A model generated the notes under the pieces. It saw only the letters and a program-made list of their open reading frames with translations. It did not search any database and was not told where the DNA came from. Below are positions 21,201 through 30,011 of a stretch of 64,000 bases of DNA, piece after piece; positions within the stretch are counted from its first letter, which is position 1, and each line of letters starts with the position of its first letter. Location: positions 4,397 through 68,396 of the forward strand of contig CAVIJD010000008.1 of assembly GCA_963643165.1 (NCBI GenBank), in the 5' to 3' direction. Both the position numbers and the translations under genes were made by a program. This DNA is from a bacterium (lineage in GTDB: Bacteria; Bacteroidota; Bacteroidia; Bacteroidales; WCHB1-69).

Positions 21201-21940
21201 GCGTCGCAGCCGACGGTTCCGCTCCCTTGCGGTCGCTCCACCGCCGGTTATGGAGCAGACTGCCTGCGGCAGCCCGCTTTCACCCTCTCCGAGGGCGTTG
21301 CGGAACAGGGCAACCGCCCCCACACACCCTATCGGACTTTAGACTTGTAACTTACAACTTTAGGGCGTTGCGCAAGTCGCCCTCCTCCGTCTTAGTTCGC
21401 AAGTCAGCCGTGGCAAAGAAGTCCTCGCAGTGTTCGGGCATCGGAGATGCCCAATCAAAGGCGGCTCAACGAGTCGCCACAAGTTACACCAAGCCTATTA
21501 TTATCACTATCGCCCAGATGACAACAATAGCCCAATCTCCCAATCCTCCACGACTAATCATCGTCAAGGGCCACAGAAAATCCCACCTACTTATCCAACA
21601 CATAAAGATGTAAAAAGCCGCCGCTATGGTTAACATATTTTTTTATTTTTATTAGGGTATTAATAATTATTTGAAAACCGATCAAAAAAAGGCTTCAAAG
21701 CACTGTTCACAATCGGATGAAGATACTAATAGAAAGCGGTTAAATGTAGTTGATGGATTTTGCATATTTTATTGGATATTAGATTATTGTATTTGCACAT
21801 ATCTTCGCTGACCAACAAAGCATGGAACAAACAGAATCTCCCCGAAAACCTTGCGGGCAAACGAGCGCGAATGCTCAGAAATATAGGCTGAAATTTTGAC
21901 CATAAAAAGAAGTTTGACTGAACACCTTAAGTTTTTTTCA

Positions 21941-23380
21941 TTAGTTTCTGAGGCAACGGACCGAACGGCCGTTGTACTTGTAGCTGTTGCTGCTGTTCAC
22001 GGTGGCGTTGTCGTAGAAGAGATACCGGTAGTACGCGCCGTAGCTATTGCCCTCGGTAGCGCTCCAGAAGCGCGCGTAGCTGCCGAAAAGGTTGTAGCTG
22101 CCGTAGTAGGTGCCGGCAGGAAACGCCGAGAAGCCCGTGGCGTTGTTGGCGGACGGATTGTTCCCGATGGCACAGCTGTTTGTGCTGCTGTCCCATCCCG
22201 TGGTGGAGGCAAGTGCCTTGGCTATATCATCATCTCTGTTTTTACCACACCTATACTTTCTGTGCTTACTAACATAATCTGTGAGTTCATCCCACTCCGC
22301 ATCGCTTGGAACGTGCCAACCTTCCGGGCAGATGCCCTGCACGCCGGACGGGTTGTCTGATGAGGATGACGAGTTGCCCATCACCGCTTTCCAGTTGTAG
22401 AGGTAGCCGTAGGTGTCGACATTGCCGGCATTGTTGTTGGGATTATAGCGGTAGGCGGTTGTGGTGCTGGTATCAGAGCCCAGAGCTATTTCCGTGCCGT
22501 CGCTGTACTTGGTGGTGCGCAGGTTCTCCTTCATCCAACACTGATTCCCAATCTGCACCGTGTTGTAAACGTTCCCTTCAACGTCCGTTACGGTTGTATC
22601 TGCTCTTTTGTTAAACGGGACCTTTAGTTTATCAACAACTTTTGCATCAGAAATATCTTCTATTACACAAGCCAACAATACCCCTGTAACAACAACAAGC
22701 AATATGAAAACCCATGTCCAGATTTTGTTTCTTTTCTTCTTCTTCAGTTCAGCATTCTCCTTGCGCAGGTCTTCTATCTCCTTGTTCTTCCGTTCTATTG
22801 CTTCCTTGTAGCCGCTCATCTTTGCGGTGTCGTACCCCTTGTCCTTGTAGATGTATGTGAAGCCGCTGGTGCAGCTGGACTTGACCATCTCTTGCTTGCT
22901 GTCTTCCGCGGTGAAACTCCTCACTGCGTCTTTGGACACACCGTAACGCACGGGCGGCAGCTCGCGGGAGGTCCCCTCCAATGCCTCAAATGCGACCTGG
23001 AGGCTTGCGGTAACCGATGCTATCTCCTCCCGGTTCTCGTAAAGTTGGCCCACCGGCGAACACAACGCACCCTTGCCGTCATAGCGGATGAGGCAGCCGT
23101 TCTGCACCATCGTCTCTATCGCCCGCTCAAAGACGCCAAACAGCCTCTTTAGTTGGGTGATGTACTTGCCGTTGATGACGGCGCACAGCCCAACATACGC
23201 TTTGCCCTCGAGTTTGCGGATGTACCCGTAGTACATCAGACCGCCGTCGCGGTGTACGGCAATCTGGGTGACCGCCTTTGCGTTGCCGGCAAATGCCGTG
23301 AAGATTTCCTTTGCATAATCGTCGGGATACTGCGAGTATCCTTCTTTGAAATTGCCGAACAGATATACAGATATGTTCAT
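21941..23380 (-). CDS. N-terminal domain + coiled coil + TM + FISUMP (Fibrobacter succinogenes major paralogous)-like domain protein
   Basis: ADTTVTDVEGNVYNTVQIGNQCWMKENLRTTKYSDGTEI...GICPEGWHVPSDAEWDELT...RSVRCLR is FISUMP-like; TM KIWTWVFILLVVVTGVLLACVI; preceded by a K/E-rich coiled coil. Confidence 0.8.
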   Translation of the reverse strand: MNISVYLFGNFKEGYSQYPDDYAKEIFTAFAGNAKAVTQIAVHRDGGLMYYGYIRKLEGKAYVGLCAVINGKYITQLKRLFGVFERAIETMVQNGCLIRYDGKGALCSPVGQLYENREEIASVTASLQVAFEALEGTSRELPPVRYGVSKDAVRSFTAEDSKQEMVKSSCTSGFTYIYKDKGYDTAKMSGYKEAIERKNKEIEDLRKENAELKKKKRNKIWTWVFILLVVVTGVLLACVIEDISDAKVVDKLKVPFNKRADTTVTDVEGNVYNTVQIGNQCWMKENLRTTKYSDGTEIALGSDTSTTTAYRYNPNNNAGNVDTYGYLYNWKAVMGNSSSSSDNPSGVQGICPEGWHVPSDAEWDELTDYVSKHRKYRCGKNRDDDIAKALASTTGWDSSTNSCAIGNNPSANNATGFSAFPAGTYYGSYNLFGSYARFWSATEGNSYGAYYRYLFYDNATVNSSNSYKYNGRSVRCLRN

Positions 23381-23925
23381 TGCCGAGGTTTGAATATGAT
23401 CACTTTGTTCTCGTTGTCCACAGAATAGGATGCCACTCTGTCCATCACCCCGTTGCCCAACAGCAGAGGGGCCTGCACGTTGGCGGAAACCGTTGCAATA
23501 ACATCGGAACAGACGATTTGTCCTCCTATCACCAACTCGTGTAATCTGATGACCATTTTCTCAACAATGCTGCCATCGGCAATATGGACTCTGGTTGTTC
23601 CAAGTATATCATCTTCCGTAATGCAACCTTTTTCATACAGATATCTTGCTTCGGATAGGGATATCGACGTTCCGGAACAGCCGGTGTCGAATATCATCTT
23701 GACAGTGAACTGCCCGTTGATCATGACATCGATAGTTTTAACACCCCCTTGCTCCTCAAACGGCACCGAAACCTCAGAATCTGAAATCTGCGGCTCTACG
23801 ACTTCTGTTGTATCTTCCATTATATCAGACACATCGTAATAAGCAAGTGACTTTTTCTTTTCATGGCAGGATGCCAACAATGTGCCCGCCAACAACAAAA
23901 TTATTGCCTGGTGTTTCATTTTCAT
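23377..23925 (-). CDS. Retropepsin-like aspartic protease lipoprotein
   Basis: Lipobox LLAGTLLASC; VMINGQFTVKMIFDTGCSGTSISLSEARYL and a second-lobe APLLLGNGVMD. 4-nt overlaps with both neighbours. Confidence 0.7.
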   Translation of the reverse strand: MKMKHQAIILLLAGTLLASCHEKKKSLAYYDVSDIMEDTTEVVEPQISDSEVSVPFEEQGGVKTIDVMINGQFTVKMIFDTGCSGTSISLSEARYLYEKGCITEDDILGTTRVHIADGSIVEKMVIRLHELVIGGQIVCSDVIATVSANVQAPLLLGNGVMDRVASYSVDNENKVIIFKPRQ

Positions 23926-25352
23926 TCTATTATCTTTACGCTCTTTGAAGCTATTTCTTCCCCGTTGCAGACATACGCTATTTTACATGTTTTGCCTGCA
24001 CTGTCTCGTTTTGCTTGTGATTTGTCACCTTGAAAAGAAAATGCATTTCCCTCCCATTTGCCGCAGTCTTGGAGTTTTTCCAAATTCTTTCCTTCCAATA
24101 CCACGTCGTAAAGATCTCCACATTTCACCTCCGATATTTCTACATCGCAATTGGATTGAGTTATGGTAATTGTGATATTGTCGTCAGAAACATTTCCTGC
24201 ACTCGGTTTTGGCACAGACGTATGCAGCCTTTCAATTTTCTTTTCCTGTTTTTTCGGTTCGTCGTTCTTTCCGTTTCGGATGGCGGCAAACACAACGACA
24301 ACGACAACGATAACAATAACGATTATAAACAAAACTTTTGTTTTTGTATCCTTACTTCCCTGGGAAGAAAGACTATTGGGGAAAAGCCGACCATCACTTT
24401 GCCGACCTTGACCCCTGCTTTCCGGTTCCTGCACATCAGAATTGCGAGAATACTGTCCTTTCGTCAACTGTTTGAGTTGCTTTTTCAAACCGGTTATCTG
24501 TCTGTCTTTGTCGGCTATCGTTTGTTTGTACCCGCTTATCTTATCGTCTATCGAAGCATAACTCTGTTTGAGTTCCAACATCTTACGGTCATTCTCAGCC
24601 TTCGCCTGTTCCACTTGTCGGCGTGCCTGTTCTTGACACTGCTTCCTTTCAGAATCGACTTTTTCTTGAGACAGCCTTTTCTGCAAGTTGATTTCGTCTT
24701 GTGCTTTCTGCTTTGTCGATTCCGTCTCTGCCTTGTACTTTGCCACCGTATTAGCAGCCGCAACCGACAGATAATAGGGTGAAACCGTCAGTGTCCCGAA
24801 TTGCTTGCCATATTCCAACGCCACACGTTTGGTGCATTCGTGGAGGTTTACATTAGGCGATGCGGTTTGAGCGTTTGCGGAAAATCCTGACAAACTGACA
24901 AGGTCTTCGTTCACGGAGAATGCACTGATGTAGTTGACAACTAAAGACTCTATCTCCTTAAGTCGGGCATCTACGTTCTGAAAATCAGCGATCAAGTATT
25001 TTGTCACATTGTTACTCTCTTGCACGCAAAGCCCAACGCACAACTTCTCGTAGGCTGCTTTCAGAACACTGTATATATTCTGCACATCGCCATAAAAAGC
25101 ATTCATGCGGAGCGTCAAGGCGAAGTAGGAACCGGTGCGTCCTTGCGAATCACAGACATTCAAGCCCTTGACCAGCGAGTAATAACTATACGTATTGCCC
25201 CCAATCGTCATGATGTCTATTTTCATGGCTTCCGGAATGTCCCATGGGAGGCCGTAGAAAGAAGACAGGTACCTTTGGTCATCGCCTTGGGGACCCCATA
25301 TTTTTTGTCCCATAGGGACCCCGTGTACAAAAAGGTTAATATTCAATCCCAT
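23922..25352 (-). CDS. N-terminal domain + coiled coil + TM + small C-terminal domain protein, unknown function
   Basis: MGLNINLFVHGVPMGQKIWGPQGDDQRY...; long coiled coil; TM KVLFIIVIVIVVVVVVFAAI; C-terminal ~70-aa domain. Confidence 0.75.
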   Translation of the reverse strand: MGLNINLFVHGVPMGQKIWGPQGDDQRYLSSFYGLPWDIPEAMKIDIMTIGGNTYSYYSLVKGLNVCDSQGRTGSYFALTLRMNAFYGDVQNIYSVLKAAYEKLCVGLCVQESNNVTKYLIADFQNVDARLKEIESLVVNYISAFSVNEDLVSLSGFSANAQTASPNVNLHECTKRVALEYGKQFGTLTVSPYYLSVAAANTVAKYKAETESTKQKAQDEINLQKRLSQEKVDSERKQCQEQARRQVEQAKAENDRKMLELKQSYASIDDKISGYKQTIADKDRQITGLKKQLKQLTKGQYSRNSDVQEPESRGQGRQSDGRLFPNSLSSQGSKDTKTKVLFIIVIVIVVVVVVFAAIRNGKNDEPKKQEKKIERLHTSVPKPSAGNVSDDNITITITQSNCDVEISEVKCGDLYDVVLEGKNLEKLQDCGKWEGNAFSFQGDKSQAKRDSAGKTCKIAYVCNGEEIASKSVKIIE

Positions 25353-25360
25353 ATTTCCAC

Positions 25361-26281
25361 TTAACCATTTATAAGTTTAAGCAATGCCTGCCATAATTTG
25401 CGTGCGTAAATGGGATGACCCTCGGTATAGGTGAAACCTCCGGTGATAGTTTCGGAATAGTCTCCTGTCATAAACGGGACAAACTCGCAATTGTATTTTT
25501 GGAAGAACCTGGTGATGGGGTTTTGGTTCTCGAACGGGACAAAAATGTTTCTATACAAGTCTTGGACATTCTTGATGGCCGCACTGGTATTCACCTCTCC
25601 AACGCTATAAACAAATGGTGTCAAATCTATCTTGTTATACACAAAAACAACTTTGTCTCTTGACACCATCCTCGACTTCAAATCGCGGATTCGGGTCACA
25701 TAGTTATTGCGGGGCGTAATGTCGTTCCAGTCGGGCTCAAGCATAATAGCCCATATTTTGCGGTTAGGGCTGTTGATTATCTTGTTGACGTATGCCGGAT
25801 ACGGGCGTTTGGGGTTATCGGGGGTATAGTAGTACTCGCCCGGGGCTTCGAGAATTTGGCAAATAGGCTTGCCGTTCTTCAGGACTTTTACAAGCATAAA
25901 GCTGATATTGGAAGTACTGGTGGCCGCGCTGTTTGTGTTGATCATCTGGTCGAAATTCTCGCAGATATTCTTGTAATTCTCGTCGTATGTAGGACGGAAT
26001 GTCTTGTCTGGCACCACCGTATAACCTTGTGACTGCAAGTAACGTGTCATTCTGACCAAGGTCATCGTCTTTCCGCAGGACGGAGGGCCGTAGAGCACCA
26101 CGATAGGTGTTTTCGGGTCAGACACTATGACGGAAATGCTGTTCGGGTCATTCAACTCTGCCGCTGACAGACCTGAAATGGGCGCTGAAGTTTCCATTTC
26201 AGTTGTTACCCTATTGTCGTTCATCTCAACATTAGGCTCATGGTTTGTCGGAATCGGGCCATTATTGATTTCTATAGGCAT
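25361..26281 (-). CDS. P-loop GTPase (TRAFAC/G-protein-like)
   Basis: Walker A/G1 VVLYGPPSCGKTMTLV, G3-like ILEAPGEYYY, G4 VVFVYNKIDLT. Confidence 0.75.
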   Translation of the reverse strand: MPIEINNGPIPTNHEPNVEMNDNRVTTEMETSAPISGLSAAELNDPNSISVIVSDPKTPIVVLYGPPSCGKTMTLVRMTRYLQSQGYTVVPDKTFRPTYDENYKNICENFDQMINTNSAATSTSNISFMLVKVLKNGKPICQILEAPGEYYYTPDNPKRPYPAYVNKIINSPNRKIWAIMLEPDWNDITPRNNYVTRIRDLKSRMVSRDKVVFVYNKIDLTPFVYSVGEVNTSAAIKNVQDLYRNIFVPFENQNPITRFFQKYNCEFVPFMTGDYSETITGGFTYTEGHPIYARKLWQALLKLING

Positions 26282-26307
26282 AATCGTTCTATTATTTAGT
26301 TTTATAA

Positions 26308-27375
26308 TTACATTTCTCTTTTCTTGAATGTGATATCAAAGGATATAAAGGCCGCCACATCCACCAAAACAGATATTGCTATCCAGAAAATGAAAGCCAA
26401 CCGTTTTTCGGGTAGTTTACCCGTAATAAAAACTGCCCAAACATCAAACACGCTGAGCATTCTCGACACTTTTGTTTGAGGATTGTCGCATGTGTATGCT
26501 TTTTTATCCCCCTCATTTTGGAAATTTACAAAATCCTTATAGGTCTTTATGGTAGCATAGCCATCATCCAACTTGTCGCAGACTTCTTCCCGAATGTCAT
26601 GGGCATCGGTTAAAGACACAGAGTCCACTTCAATGTATTTCTTTAATTGTTCAAGATTATTCCATGCCGCTTTCGCTTCTTTTCGATAGTTATCGTTGGA
26701 GGGTGTCATTGCCTTGGCAATATTCATCTTTTTATTGTCAAGTTGCATAAGGATAGTTTGTCTGTAAGCATCGTATAGTTTCTTGCGTTCGCCTACCGAA
26801 TTGCCGACACCTGAGAGTTTGTTGATTTTGGCGACTCCAAGAATTTGGGCAATTTGTCCAAGAATTTCCTCCGTTTGAGGTCCGTTGCCAGGATTCAGAG
26901 GGTTTTTGATTTCCGCCTCCAATTCCAACAATTTAGTGTTTATCTGATTCTCCACCTCTGTACATTTAGCTTGAATTTGGGCATCTGTAACCGTATTGTC
27001 CCTGATTTGTGACAGATATCCCTGCGTTGCAGCAATGTCAGCCGTCACCGTCTCGCTTATCAAGCTTCGATAGAAAAAAGTATGTGTATTGGTGGGCATA
27101 CTGCAAAGCAGCCAAAAAACAAGCACAATGATGATGCCACCAATAAGGTTGGCACCGCGTTTTTCCATATAAATATTTTGATTCAAACTATCTGCAATCA
27201 TCTTGGTTCCCCATGAAGCAATAAAGAAGAAACCAATAGTGACAGCCCAACAAAAAGCAACGGGCCAACTATGCAAAAGCAAATGCAGCGACTCGGCTGT
27301 CGCCCAACAACTCACGGCAGCAAATGCAAGGAAGCCGCAAAAAGTGAAAATCTTAACAAACTTGTTGTCGTTCAT
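26308..27375 (-). CDS. Multi-pass membrane protein with long extra-membrane coiled region
   Basis: Start re-set from 27492 to MNDNKFVKIF at 27375. Three N-terminal TMs (FTFCGFLAFAAVSCWATAE, PVAFCWAVTIGFFFIASWG, LIGGIIIVLVFWLLCSM), a ~200-aa helical region, and a C-terminal TM LAFIFWIAISVLVDVAAFISF. Confidence 0.7.
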   Translation of the reverse strand: MNDNKFVKIFTFCGFLAFAAVSCWATAESLHLLLHSWPVAFCWAVTIGFFFIASWGTKMIADSLNQNIYMEKRGANLIGGIIIVLVFWLLCSMPTNTHTFFYRSLISETVTADIAATQGYLSQIRDNTVTDAQIQAKCTEVENQINTKLLELEAEIKNPLNPGNGPQTEEILGQIAQILGVAKINKLSGVGNSVGERKKLYDAYRQTILMQLDNKKMNIAKAMTPSNDNYRKEAKAAWNNLEQLKKYIEVDSVSLTDAHDIREEVCDKLDDGYATIKTYKDFVNFQNEGDKKAYTCDNPQTKVSRMLSVFDVWAVFITGKLPEKRLAFIFWIAISVLVDVAAFISFDITFKKREM

Positions 27376-27765
27376 ATTTTTTATAGTGTTTTGTGGACTC
27401 CTTTTGTTTTTCATTTCTCTCCCCTGTCTGCCAGCTTTGTCGGCAAGACTGGCACACCGACACCGTTGAATGTTGTGAAGTCCGTTTACCAATATTCAAA
27501 GGCAATCAATGCGAGTCAAAAGTAACTAAAAAACCTCTACCCCCCACCCGCAAAACTTTTTTCAACAGTCGCCATATCAGCGGTTTACGCTCGTTTTTTG
27601 ACAGTTTTTCAACCGGCGGCGGTTTGCTTCGCTTGCCGTTTTTCGGAACAAAAAGCGTTGATTCTGTTGCCAACAGTTTTCACGCTTTCCAGTTTTTACG
27701 CTTTCGCCGTTCCATTTTTTTTAGGTTAACCCACACGGCAAGTACCTACCCCCCACACACGTACG

Positions 27766-27840
27766 AGCCTCCGGCTGACGTAAGTCTTTTGGGGTTGAAT
27801 TACGCGTAACACTCTACATTCTAAATTCTACATTCTGCGT
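27766..27840 (+). repeat. Intergenic repeat pair: AGCCTCCGGCTGACGTAAG + CATTCTAAATTCTACATTCT
   Basis: Both motifs recur in the same order at 17934-17952 and 17987-18006. Confidence 0.6.
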
Positions 27841-27903
27841 TAGCCATGCGTGCCGAGCGATTGGGATTTTTTCTATTTTTGCCGCTGTTTGTTTTCAGTA
27901 GGC

Positions 27904-28359
27904 ATGCAGACCAAAAGGAAAATATCGCTGGTGTTTGTGTTCGTGGCTATGGCGCTGTTTCTGGCACACGCTTTCGTGCCCCATTGCTACCACGCCTGCC
28001 ACGGCTTCGTGGCCGCAGCCCACGAGCAACATGACTGCTCTCACCACGACTGCCCCACACACCACACCAACGAGACCCACTTCTGCCACGCCCACCACCT
28101 GCACGGCAATGAGGACGACTGCCTCCTGAACAAACCTTTCCTGAAGTCAACAGACAACTACGTCAAGTCCGCGCCCACCCCCCTCTCTAACGGACAAGAC
28201 GGCCACACCCTCGGCCTGGACTTCGCCATTCCGACACTCCAAGACCTCACGACACACCACTTTGCAATAGCGGCCAACGGCTTCCCAGACCTCGTGCCAC
28301 TACGCTGCATTGCTGGCTGCTACACCACTGCCGGACTGCGCGCTCCCCCATTGTGCTGA
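27904..28359 (+). CDS. Small His/Cys-rich secreted or membrane-anchored protein upstream of metal-efflux genes
   Basis: MQTKRKISLVFVFVAMALFLAHAFVPHCYHACHGFVAAAHEQHDCSHHDCPTHHTNETHFCHAHHLHG. Confidence 0.55.
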   Translation: MQTKRKISLVFVFVAMALFLAHAFVPHCYHACHGFVAAAHEQHDCSHHDCPTHHTNETHFCHAHHLHGNEDDCLLNKPFLKSTDNYVKSAPTPLSNGQDGHTLGLDFAIPTLQDLTTHHFAIAANGFPDLVPLRCIAGCYTTAGLRAPPLC

Positions 28360-28457
28360 TTGTCTCTTAACAGACACCTCCCCCCATTATGTTACCAAGA
28401 CCGGAGTGCTATGTTCCGGTCCAAAATCAAGTTACAATCAACACAATAATATTATAT

Positions 28458-29996
28458 ATGAAAATTTTCAGGAAAAGAAACTTATTCATCATAGCCTTGG
28501 CCCTTGCCTTTGCATGCACGGGCTGCCACCATCACCACCACGATGGAGAGGAACACGAACATGAACACGAACACGAACATGGGCACGGGCACGACCACGA
28601 AACCTGCCTGCAACTGACCGCCTACGGCAACCATTGGGAAGTTTATGCCGAGGCACACCCCTTTGTGACAGGCCACGCCTCCGAACTGCGGGCACACGTC
28701 ACAGACCTCAACACGTTCAAGCCCCGCAAGGAGGGCCGCGTCACAGCCATCCTCACCATCGGCGGACAGTCGGTAACACAGGCCATTGACACCCCCAGCA
28801 CGCCGGGCATCTACGAGTTTGCGCTGATGCCCAAACAGCAAGGCCACGGCTCACTGCTCTTTATCATTGACGGCGACACGCTGGCCGTCAACAACATACA
28901 AGCCTACGGCGAGGAAGAAGCCGCACTCGAAGCCGCCGAGGAGGTGCAAGTAAAGAGCGATGCCGGCGCCACATTCACCAAAGAGCAGAGTTGGAAGGTT
29001 GACTTTGCCACGGAGCCGTGCCGTCAGGAGCCTTTCGGCCAGGTCATCAAGACGGTGGCGCAGGTAATGCCGTCGCAGGGCGACGAGCAGGTGGTAACCG
29101 CCCACACCTCGGGCATTGTGCTGCCGCACAGCCGCGACCTGGTACAGGGCAAGGCGGTGAGCAAAGGCCAGACGCTCTTCACCATCGAGAGCGGCGACAT
29201 GATTGACAACAACCTCAGCGTGCGCTACCAAGAGGCCGCCGCCGAGTACGAACAGGCCAAAAGCGAGTACGAACGCAAAAAGGAACTGAACCGCGACAAG
29301 ATTGTCTCCGACGGCGAGCTGGCCCGCGCCAAGTCGGCCTACGAGAAAGCCGCCGCCCTCTACGAGAGCTGCCGCAACGTGTTCAAGGGCGGCAACCTGA
29401 CCATCAAAGCCCCGTTGGGCGGCTACATCCGGCAACTTTACGTGCAGCCCGGGCAGTTTGTAGAGGCGGGGCAGCCGCTGGCTACCGTGGCACAGAACCG
29501 CAGCCTCACCGTCCGCGCCGACGTGCAACCCAAGTATTACCCGTGGCTCGCACAGATTGAGACCGCCAACTTCCGCAGCATCAACGGCAAGCAGACCTAC
29601 TCGCTGGACGACCTGAAGGGCAAGGTGCTCTCGTACGGCAAGGCCACAGGCGAGACTAACGCCTTAGTGCCCGTGCTGTTTCAACTTGACAACCCGCAGG
29701 AATTCATCCCCGGCACCTTTGTGGAGACCTACATCAAGACCCGCTCCGCAGGCACGGCCGTCACCGTGCCCAACACCGCCCTCACGGAAGAGATGGGCAA
29801 CTGCTTCGTTTATGTGCAGTTGACCCCCGAATGCTTCGAAAAGCGGGCTGTCAGCACCGGCGCCACCGACGGCTTACGCACGGCAATAACCTCGGGGCTC
29901 GAGGGCAGCGAACGCATCGTGGCCAAGGGCGCCATCTTTGTAAAACTGGCCCAGGCTTCGGGCAAACTGGACGCCCACTCGGGGCACCATCACTGA
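28458..29996 (+). CDS. Efflux RND transporter periplasmic adaptor (CusB/CzcB-like) with His-rich N-terminus
   Basis: Lipobox-like ALAFACTGC then HHHHHDGEEHEHEHEHEHGHGHDHE; HlyD-type hairpin and GGYIRQLYVQPGQFVEAGQPLATVAQNRSL. Confidence 0.85.
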   Translation: MKIFRKRNLFIIALALAFACTGCHHHHHDGEEHEHEHEHEHGHGHDHETCLQLTAYGNHWEVYAEAHPFVTGHASELRAHVTDLNTFKPRKEGRVTAILTIGGQSVTQAIDTPSTPGIYEFALMPKQQGHGSLLFIIDGDTLAVNNIQAYGEEEAALEAAEEVQVKSDAGATFTKEQSWKVDFATEPCRQEPFGQVIKTVAQVMPSQGDEQVVTAHTSGIVLPHSRDLVQGKAVSKGQTLFTIESGDMIDNNLSVRYQEAAAEYEQAKSEYERKKELNRDKIVSDGELARAKSAYEKAAALYESCRNVFKGGNLTIKAPLGGYIRQLYVQPGQFVEAGQPLATVAQNRSLTVRADVQPKYYPWLAQIETANFRSINGKQTYSLDDLKGKVLSYGKATGETNALVPVLFQLDNPQEFIPGTFVETYIKTRSAGTAVTVPNTALTEEMGNCFVYVQLTPECFEKRAVSTGATDGLRTAITSGLEGSERIVAKGAIFVKLAQASGKLDAHSGHHH

Positions 29997-30011
29997 AAAG
30001 GAGGCTGAAAG

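Noticed and set aside
21134-21613. 159-aa plus-strand ORF in the intergenic region
   Set aside because: Composed mostly of repeat sequence with low-complexity translation; no start context or homology-like motifs.
21941-22100. FISUMP/C-type-lectin-like C-terminus as a diversity-generating retroelement variable region
   Set aside because: No reverse transcriptase ORF in the window and no A-substituted template repeat recognisable in the 21350-21940 intergenic region.
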